This document shows positions 13,967-24,500 of a stretch of 64,000 nucleotides of DNA, one piece after another. Source of the stretch: Ylistrum balloti. Taxonomy: Eukaryota. The notes beneath the pieces are model-generated. The model had not been told where the DNA came from. It saw only the letters and a list, made by a program, of their open reading frames with translations, and ran no database searches. Within the stretch, counting starts at the first letter, position 1. Every line of letters begins with the position of its first letter. The DNA is taken from positions 2,666,001 through 2,730,000 of the forward strand of contig NW_026782173.1 in assembly GCF_031769215.1 (NCBI RefSeq), written 5' to 3'. The position numbers were made by a program, and so were the translations under genes.

Positions 13967-15987
13967 TCCATGACTGTGACGTGCATCTTAAGTTCATATG
14001 TATCAAGATTCCGTCCCATCATTTTGTTCATTCTCCAATTAATTAAAATCGATGTTCTCTCTGGAGGTTACAATGATCAAACTTTTGAACATGGGGATGT
14101 CATTATAACATATTCACATGAGATAACATGACTTGTCCAAGGAATCGATTGTGATATCATTCCACATAGTACAGCATAGAGAGCTTAATTTGATGGAATA
14201 GACTGAAGATTCTTGGAACTGGATAACAGTGTCATTATGCTTTCTTCTTACTAAGACTGGCAAAGTCAAGCTTTTTAGAACAGACAACAAAACTATGTAT
14301 CCTTGCTACAAGGTGCGGAGATTGACCAATTGTAACCTAGCGCTATAGAATGTACAGTATGGTGTTGTAAGTAGTCATTATAAAGAAGGCCATGTTAAAC
14401 TCTTGAAATGCCCAGTTTCCTAGTATTGCAGGGATTTCCCAACAAAATGATTTCATTTTCAGTATTCTATATATATATAGACATTTGTCTTTTTTAACAT
14501 TCTGACATCAGCTTTGTATCATTATTCAGGAAAATTCTCCTTATGTTGTTAAGTTTATAAAGGGTATAAGGATTTGTTTTAGTAAGCAATCTGAAGTAGA
14601 ATTGTCCATTGTATACTTGTCTGTCTAATTGTGCTGGGTGCATCAGACATTGGCATACACCTTGTTAGGATCATTTATACATTCATGTAGATATAATATA
14701 GGTTGATATTTTACCTATCATTAAGGATTATGTGTATGTAAGACATCTCATTACATAAATTTCGAAGACAGTTTTTGTCACAGGGGCAAGACGCTGTCTA
14801 ATGGGAATATGCACACAATAGAAATTTTGATAGGATATTGTATGGTGTTGAATATGGTTTTTACCTGCAATATTACAGTAAAAACAATCAATGTATATGC
14901 TATTTCTCAAGATTGAGCGAGATGTTATGTTTCCTGCTTTAGCAAACTGATTTGATCTCTATTTTCTACTGGTATATGTTCATTGTCATACAATGTACAT
15001 ATTATTTATTATATAGTACAAATTGTTCCAAATGCGTTTGTAATTAAGCTGTTACAGGACTAATATTGTTTCAAAATTTAATTAAGATATTTTAGAAATG
15101 GAAATGTAGTGAAAAAAAAATAGAAAAAAAATATAAAGAATATCTAAATCCCTTTACCCGTAAAACTGTGTCTTGCCCCAAGATTTTCGTCTGTGTGGTT
15201 GAGAAATGTTTAACTTCAGTTATTTTGGAGTAAATCTACCATAAGTACTAGCATCGAGTGAAAATGCTGGCCTGTTATATGACCTGAAATTCTGATTTTA
15301 GTTCCAATGTTTAGATAAAGAATGCTTTTAAGATAGTTTTGAACACATTAACAGCATAGGAATACACTACATGCATTATATACAGGTGGACAACTTTCAT
15401 ATCTACACCCAGTGCTTGTTCCCTTGTTTACCTGCATACTGTGTACATTTGATTTCCATGTTGGTAGATATAGTACAGTTAAATGGCCGTTTTCTTATAT
15501 TACCTACATATCAGACCTGCTGGTATGTATGTATGAATCGTTTACATACTAAGATGTATACTTCTTGTTATATCTCAATTTTATTGTTGTATTGAGAACA
15601 TTCCTGGTTGAATGTACTTTTTGTACCATAAACATTAACTTTTAGCTTTTTTTTACAATGACTCAAGAATTGTCTGTGATATTTCTGTATCTTTTTAGTG
15701 ACAAATCATAGTAGAAAATAATTGTAATTGGTGTTTCTGAATTAGTTATTGCTAAGTTTGAGTGAAAGTCATATGATAGTGACAACTTTTAGAGATCTAT
15801 ATAAAAACCAGCTGAGTCCTATATTTCAAACTCTCCATGAAAATGAGGTTTGTGGTCATCTAACTTTGATTTGATATCACACATTTTTTGTTTAGATGTT
15901 TTCTAAAGTATATGATTGTAAATAAGGGTAGAATGTTGTCTAATATTTACATGTTTTAGATAACTATATATACAGGCATGAAAGCCA

Positions 15988-16055
15988 AATAAAATTTGTA
16001 TATGTCTCATCTTGATGTGGAAATCTAAATGTTCTACATTCCTTATCAAAATAAA
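15988..16055 (+). terminator. Candidate polyadenylation signals of VWA3A
   Basis: AATAAA at 15988-15993 and 16050-16055, just before the 3' end of the opposing Penelope relic. This would imply a 3' UTR of about 2 kb. Confidence 0.35.
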
Positions 16056-16250
16056 ACAAAACTTACAATACTGTAAGTGCTTTCTGTTTTCTGTAAATCC
16101 AAGCTTTCACATCACTCTCCAAAAAGTATAAAGACAAGTGTTTACCAGCTACAGAGTATATGGTATAGAATCTCTGTGTCTACACTAGTTATCTACCATA
16201 CATTTGTATTATAGATTTTATTATAACATGTAACCTGTAGAAGATTTTAT

Positions 16251-17611
16251 CATGTGAAGTTTTGATAACAACATGGTCACCTTCATCAGGCACATGTGAT
16301 CAGATGGTAAGCATAATATGAAAAAATAGAAGTACACAAGAGATGTTAAAAATGTGAGATAATCCATACAGTACAAGGGCACCCCTCCTCCGCCCGCTTT
16401 TGCCTTCTTAGGATTCTGCATTTTTCTGTTGTTCATTATGCCAGACACCAAATCTCTGGTGCATTGCAGTTCTTATATCCGAATTTTTTCATTTGCATTC
16501 TCTTTGAGTATTTTATTCTAAGGATGGACTTTCACATTTTCGAGAGGTTTCATAGCTGTTGAAATAATATGACCACTATAATTCCACTGAATGGTTTCTG
16601 ACAAGCCTTTAATGTAATTAAGGGACGACTACCTGGTCTTTCATTTTGTTCTTTTCCTTGGTGTTTCATCTCTCAGTCTTTTTGCTTTCATCAAATTTGT
16701 TAACTTCTTGGTTGCCCGATCAGGTATACAAGGTATTCATGTTTTTATGATGCTATGGATGTGACTTTGATCTTGCTTCTTGTCTTGTTCTCTGATCATG
16801 ACTGTTTAGCAAAGTTTGTCGTACACATTTTTGGTATATTAATGGTTGGTGTGATTGGAAGTTGAGGTAGTGGTATGTGTGTTGTCTTTCTCCTATGCTT
16901 TGATAGTACACACTGTACCATCATCTTTCTTTACTAGAAAGGTGTCGGGAAATGGCACTCTAGTGTCATCGATTTCTTCAGGTGAATGGTGTTGTTGGTA
17001 TCAGTGGTATTGATATGCTCAGACAATTCCTTCTGTGACCCTTTCTTGACTACTTCAAATAAGTCACGATATCATTTCCACAAACTAGGCTTGCATTCTG
17101 CAGTGGCCCACTAGAATGTAATATATCTGATCAGTTTAATTAAGAGATGTGAATGTCTTCTTTCTCTATGTGCTCCATGTTGGCCAAAATCGGAGACAAT
17201 GGTCTGCCCACAGCTGTGCCATACTGTTGCTAAGAGATCCATCTCAGAAGAAAAAATGTAGTGCTGTAAGCACAAATTCAAGTAAATTCTTGATGTCTCC
17301 GACAAAGAGATTGGTATTCTTTTGCCTTGACCTGATTGCTATAGATGGCTCTGAACAATACCAAGTGCTTTGTCAGTTGTGTGTTGATGGAAAGGGACAC
17401 TACATTGGTTAATAAGAATTCCTGATTGTTTTGGATAAGAACCATGGACAAACTTTCAAGTTTACTATATGATGTTCTGATTTCCCCATCAGGGTCCTAA
17501 AATGTCTGCTTGTGACCTGGACATTGTAATTGATGGAACCAATACAGTCCAATAAGTCCAACATGGACTTGCTGTGATGGGTTCCTTATTTTATGGATCT
17601 TGTTCCTAAGT
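16251..17611 (-). mobile_element. Decayed Penelope-like retroelement (RT plus linker/thumb, truncated at 5' and in the GIY-YIG endonuclease)
   Basis: Frameshifted minus-strand translation gives, in the expected order: KIHK (about 17595), DCIGSINYNV-SRSQADILGP-GKSEHHIVN, NVVSLSIN, DIKNLLEFVLT, QQYGTAVGRPLSPILANMEHIEKE (17229-17155), KPSLWK*YRDLFEVVKKG (decayed YVDD region), VPFPDTFLVKKDDGTV, HYLNFQSHQP, VVVP-YIKGLSETI, ISTAMKP, VHP*NKI and KNCN. A degenerate hammerhead motif sits at its 3' end. Confidence 0.85.
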
Positions 17612-17664
17612 AAAAGATAAAAATAAATCGCAACAAGTTCAGGATGATAAGAGCAATGTATTAT

Positions 17665-17704
17665 ATGTCTACCAGTTTCACCCGAAACATGTAGGCTTCA
17701 TCAT
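17665..17704 (-). ncRNA. Degenerate hammerhead motif (copy 2)
   Basis: Minus strand ATGATGA-A-GCCT(ACATGTTTC)GGGT-GAAA-C(TG)G-TA|GACAT. The first core C is changed to A and the 5' strand of stem I is missing. It shares the A-GCCT start of stem II and the GAC start of the stem I 3' strand with the intact copy. Confidence 0.6.
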
Positions 17705-18103
17705 CTTATCATTCTGAGCTTGTTAGGATTGATTTTAACCTTTTAGTTCCCTCTACTTTTCAATCACCGTGCATACCTGGAAGGTATCCAAGCAAGGAAT
17801 AACAGAACCCACACCACCATGAGAAGCACGGTGTTGTCTCTACACCCTTATGGATATTGTTCCTAAGTGCATATGTCAAATTACATGTACATATTACAAA
17901 TGTACTAAATATATATCATTAAACAGGGTATACAGAGCCAACGTCGATATCCAGGTAGGTGTGTTGTACAGTGTGGTACTTCACTCGAAATCGGATACCT
18001 AGGTGTATGCAGAGCAATTAAACGGAATATATACATATAAGAACGTTAAGGGGTCGATCGCAACAAATATCAAGTGTCACCAGTTAGTGAGTAGTTAGAC
18101 TTT

Positions 18104-18148
18104 ATTGTCGACTAGTTTCGCCTCCGGTCCAGGCTTCATCAGGACAAT
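18104..18148 (-). ncRNA. Minimal type I hammerhead ribozyme (Penelope/retrozyme type), apparently intact
   Basis: Minus strand reads ATTGTC-CTGATGA-A-GCCT(GGACCGG)AGGC-GAAA-C(TA)G-TC|GACAAT. This gives a 6-bp stem I, full core boxes, a 4-bp stem II, a vestigial stem III within the palindrome ACTAGT, and a GUC cleavage triplet with the cut between 18110 and 18109. Confidence 0.82.
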
Positions 18149-18551
18149 TTTAAGATGTGTTCAGCCCCTGAAAAACTTTGTTTTCGGTTCAACAAAATTA
18201 TGACGTATATGAATGTACATTGTTATAAGGGCAGATAAGCCTCTTGATTACCATGTGTAATGTATATGCAAAGTCTCTCATGAAACTTTTTTAAGAATTC
18301 TTAAAAGGAAATATTTCTGATTTGTTTGATTAATAGATATGAAAAGAAATAAACAATTAAATCTTTTATCAGATGATAAATAATGAGTCTTATTGATATG
18401 TGTTCCATCCAAACTTGAAGCATCATACTTACAAAGTAACAAATCCAATTATCCACAAATTTATTACAAAATAAATAGTACATTTCGTATTGTAACCATA
18501 ATTTTCAATCTAAATGAACGTGATGATTATGAAACATGCATGGCAGTGTGA

Positions 18552-21500
18552 TTAGGATGAGATGAGAGTCTTTGTGTAGGACAATAGTTCTTCACAGTAT
18601 TGCTGTGAACGATGCTTGTGTTTAATGTCCTCTATGGCTCCTATCAGCATGTTTGGGATAAGGCTTGCAGCTGAACACAGTACCTCTGTAATAAAAAAAC
18701 CCACCAAAATTACACAAGGTTAAAGTTGAAATTAAAACAAAAACCTTATCAAGATACTATCATAAAGTAATGCTTCACAGTTCTAAATGAATCTAATAAT
18801 GCTTATAGTCGAAAATCTACTTCAAGGAGACCTTATTACATCATAAAATAGGATGGTCTCAGGTCTGTGTATCACACATAACATGCGTGGGATGGAGTCT
18901 TGGATGTTATATCACTGTCTGCCTAGGACGGTCTTTCATCTGGATATCATACATGTATAGGATGGAGTCATGGACGGTATATCAATGTCTACCTAGGACG
19001 GTCTCAGGTCTGTGTATCACACATGTATAGGATGGAGTCATGAACGGTATATCAGGTACATGTATAGCACAGTCTGTATTAGTTTATCTGGCATGGTCTT
19101 ATACACTTGTCTACCTTGGGTGATTTATACATATCAGGCTTGTTTTAATATTCCTGCCTAGAATTGGTTGTAGATCAAGTTAGTCATCGGATGGTCTGTA
19201 CCTTACCAGCTGTGGGACCACACAACATTACATGATGTACAATGTGTGCACGATTTGTGTGAACGATAGGAAAACTGACTAAAATAAGCATCTGTGTGTA
19301 TGTTGTGTGGTTCTACCACACACAGATGTGTGATTCTATTGTGGTTGATATAAATTTAGAAATGACTTATAAATAAATGTGGGATAGAGATTTCTTATTT
19401 TCAATGCATATAAGAGTATAATTAAGTATATTTCCTAATTAAGCCAAAAATCTGTTAAGATTTACTGTCATTTTTCAATAATATTGTAAACAAAAAATAT
19501 ATACACTGCACTCCAGTAAATTTTAAGTGTTGTCAGTACCGATCCTGACATGTCACGTATACCACTGATCAATTTTAATACCTCTGTGTCATAACTACAC
19601 AAGTTTTCCGTTTAATTTTCAATCCATATAATTAGTTGTGGACAATGTGATCACAATGTATGTATGATGTGCACACATACAGATATAGTAACATAAGACA
19701 GTCTGTAAATCACATTCAAAATATAAGATGGCCAGTAAATCTCATAATTTGTGCATCAACTATATATTCCATTCAGGATATCTATACATCACATTCTATT
19801 TAAGGATGACTTTTTCACTATACATTACCTACCTAGTATAGCCTTCTGGATCCTGGCGTCTGGGTCATCTAAATGAACAAGAAGTCCTTTGTAAATAGCT
19901 TCCACGTGTGCCTTGTACAGACCAGCATCATAGCGTCCATCAAAGCTTCCAAGGTATCCAAGCCATGTCTTAGCGACTGTTATGCGAATCTCATCGTCAC
20001 TATCATCAAGGCGTTTTAGTAACTCTGGATATATGTTGTGGAGACGATCAAGTTCCAGGGAAGGCCCACTGAGCTCAAACACTCTTGTCAACACACGACA
20101 GGCAATGAGACGTGTGCTCTTATTGCTGTCATCCATTGCTGTGATCATCTGGGTAAGAAGGTCCTCAACAACTGGGGCCAGCTGTACAAAGATATGTATA
20201 TTAACATTAGTCTGTAACAGTGGCCAGATGTATTAAGTCAGTAGTAATCACTTGATATATAAACTATATTGATAAAAATAAAAGGTTGCCTGAAGTTTCA
20301 TGTTAAAGCTTGATAAATGTTTTCATGTATCTATGAATGAATTTAGCATTGGATGAAAGAAAACCCTTGGCAAATGTTTCCCTGTATGCAATAAAACATT
20401 GAACAAAATGTATGATGATATGCTGCTGCCTGAACTTACCTTTTCCTGTGAAAGCAGACCACTCTGTAGCAGTGCCCACAAACAGGAGACAGCTGTGGTC
20501 CTGATGGCACCTGCTGTCCGTCCTGCACTCCAAACACAGTTGGGAATGATCATATCCTTCACAACAATAGCAGCAAAGTCTCCAAACTTATTCTGTGAGT
20601 CAATGGTAGTGGGTGCAGTCATTACAAGCTTGGATAGCAGTGAGAAAAACTTCAATCTCACTTCAGGGTCTTTCTCAGGATTTAAATTAGCCACCATAAC
20701 TGGTATGATGTCATCAAGAAGGTCACCAATGACAGGCCCTGTAACAACCACATAAATGAACCATGTGATAACCAATCACAGACATTGACACTGTTTTCAT
20801 GTAATGCTGACTGTTTAAAAGACCTTAAACCTGAATTGAAATCAACATGATCCTGGTCACTGGACCGACAATTCTGAACCTAAGCCTGTTGATTATCTAA
20901 GAGCAATCTAAGAATGTATAAATCACATGTTCTGTAAGTAAGCTGATCAGGGGATTATAACAAAAGCATGACACCAACATAATGCTATCATAAATACAAG
21001 TTTGAATATCAGCTTGTTTCTATATGTTAATACTGACAAATTTCATTCAAATAATGAGCTATGATAATACACCTTCTACTACAATATTACAAGCAATATT
21101 GTATAAACGTCATTGTACAATGACACCATATTCCAAACATTACACCCTAATTATATACAAAGACATTACACCTGGACATTAAAACTGGCATAACACTGTA
21201 ATTTTATACTAAAACATTACCTTTACAGTGCCACTACATTACTACTTTATAACACAAATCTCACAGATATGCAGTTATCTTATCATACTGTCTTACTGTA
21301 CCTGCTTCAAGGACTAGTGTGTCAAAAATCTGTCTTTCGACTGAATGAAGGTTCCACATGCCAAATGTTTCTGTGAAGCCAACGAGGAGAGGTCGGGTGT
21401 GGCAATTGAAGAGTTGTGTTCTTGACTCCATGGTCTGAACTTTACATAGTTCATCAAGGAGCTGGTAAACCTAGTCATGTGTACACAAACAAGGTGTGAC

Positions 21501-24500
21501 ATTAGACAACTTAGCTCTGTGATGAAAAGGATATGATACAGAGTAAGGTTATAATTTCAGCTGAAGAGCTGATAATTTACTTGATTTTTTTCAACTTTCA
21601 TTTGTCTTTTGTATGTCTTTCTTTTTCTTTTTAAGATCTATCTGGTGAAACAAACATTTTATGAATACAGATTTGTTTACCTTATCGGCAGTCTCTTGAT
21701 CTTGGGCCTGAGCAAGAATGGTCAGGAGGAGATTGAAGAGTTTCTGACTAACAGATCCAGCATCCTCTTGAGCTACTGTCAGTATTCCCTCCACACAAGA
21801 CAACAGCTCCTTATGCATCTGTACCTGACAAAGCATGATATAAGTCACAGCCAGTTAAAATGATCAATAATGGTTTTGTTACTTCATTCTGTACATGTCT
21901 GGTGAGTTAAGCATCTTTGAAAACAGTCTGCCTAAATCCTGGGATATTCTTTGAAATCATTGAAATTATTACCTGGAGTTGTCAAAGAAAGTTCCCAACA
22001 TTATTACTTTTATCTCACAGACAGCAAATTCACTACAACACTGTTAATGCAGTCATATAGTATCCATTTAGAGTTGTTACACCTGACAAGACTCTTTGAT
22101 AAAAGGCCAACAATACAGAAAATGACTTGGTGTTTAATGTAGACAGTGTAAGCAGTATATACCTCAAGGGCAAGGAAAGTGAACCAATTTATCTAGCAGT
22201 GTATTACAATATTAAAAGCTGATATTGACTGATAAAATTATTCATTGTATTTATTCAAAATTTATTACTAAAATATGTAAATCAAAATATATTCACTGAA
22301 ACACATAATAAATGTATTCTAATATGGTACGCAAATCCAAACAGATTTACTAAAAAATGCAAATCCAAACAGATTTAATCAAATATGTAAATCCAAACAG
22401 ATTGACTCACATTGTAAATCTAAACACGTTTTCTAAAATGATAAATTTTGTGGAGATGTAATTGTATACTTACTTGTACAGTGTTACACACATCTGGAGA
22501 TAGAATGACATCACACACATTGTCCAGGTATGGTAAGAGTGAAGCACGCTCAGTGCCTTTAACCACTCCCCCTAAGACCATTACACAACCAAAAGACTGG
22601 GTTGTCCTCACCGCCTTGAACACAAGTTTAGACCAGATGTCTGGAGACACAAAATAGCCAACCAATGTTGCGGACTTCTTAATCTGAATAAGGATCAAAA
22701 CATAATGCTGTAACATTAGACTAAATCCTTCTACAAACTGAAGTTTCTGACAGAGATTAAATCTTGTAAACCATTGCATTATTTCTACCCAAATGTCAAC
22801 AATATCGTATGATAATGTTTACATTCATAGACAATGTCACAGTATTTAAATTTTATATACAATGTCATAGTTTCTTAATTTTATAGACAATATCATAGTA
22901 TTTAAATTTATAGACAATGTCATTGTATTTATATTTCATAGACAATGTCGTTGAACATTATTTTTTGTGTTTAAATTTTACAGACAATGTCAAATGCTTC
23001 CTTCTGTTTAAATTGCCATTGTCATCTATCAATGCACATTTATATATTTATATATAGATAGATATATTATTATTATGAATATCAAGCTTACATTGCTGAC
23101 AACACTTTTCTCTTCGTCCACAGAGGCGCGATACATCCCAGTAAGGAGGGGCTCCAGGTGTTGAGTTACATAGTCTTCTGTATTGATTAGCAAGGTGTAA
23201 AGGAGAGAGGCAGATTTTATTCTTGTCTCTACCACCCAGTCCAAAACATCACGCATCAACCCAGGCAGAATCTTTGAAAAATGGCGCATCATCAAAGTGC
23301 GACATCCAAAATTGGGTCTTTCCACTGCAATAGTCCAACCATATCTCGACATTTGAATATATATATATTCTGAGTTCTGAGTTCTGAGAAGTAGTTCAAA
23401 GAAATAATATAAAAAGTCTGACAACAATTCTAAAATGTTGATACATCATTTAATCACAGTCTAATAACTTCCTTCAGAATGCATTTTACTTTCATAAATT
23501 TCACGCTAAAGCAATATCAACACAATGGTAAAGGACAAATTAGGAAATTTCTAGCATTTGTAGAATGTGATAGACTGTGTAGCACAGGAGGAAAACAACA
23601 GAAGCTTGGCATAGATGAGAAGTTTGGAATAGATATCAAACTTATTGTTCTGTTTTAGGCAAGTTTTACATTGTAACATACCTAGTTTGCTTGTATCCCA
23701 AAACCTTCATGACTCCAAATAATATTTGACAATTTTACATTTTCACATGACAAGAATAGTAGTCAAACTTCTGGTGTGGTGGCCAAAGAAACTATTGTCA
23801 TTGTTTCATACTAAAACATGATTTAATGAAACTTACCATTTGGAGGGTAGTGCTGAGGTGTTTCCTTTTCAAAGTCTATTTTGTCTTTTAGTTCGTCTTC
23901 ATTCTCTTTTTCATACTTCATACCTTAAATTTGAAATAGAGGTATTCTTTTAAAAACAGATATACATGAACTCTGGAAAGTTGACCATATCAAGTACAGC
24001 AACTCCTAGTTTTACTGTCTGAATGATGTAATTATCAAAGAACATGGACTACACAGGTTTGAAGTTTGACTTGAAAAAGCTAAATAATATTATCAAAGTG
24101 ACTGTGATGAGTGTTCACATGAAATGAGTGGCATCCAGAACAAACATTTGGTAACACTGTATTCAGTGAATCCACAGTCCATCCGATGTCAGGTATCAGT
24201 CCATCATATATAAGGACTGTCAATACATCCAGTGCATACAGTATCTACCACATGATTGCAGTGCCAGTCAGTGAAATAACTAAATACCTAGTATGTAATA
24301 TTTTCACATAAGCAATGATGTCACTCACTAACAAATTACATTGTGAAATCACAAAAGAGGTTATTGATATGTCTTGGTGATTTCAAGTTTGACAAAGATT
24401 AAAGAACATTGCATTATTTACAAATACAACTTATCATGTGATGAAAAGGATTAATATATTTCTTTTCATTTCAGAATGTAGTTTATAAAACTAGTCAAAG

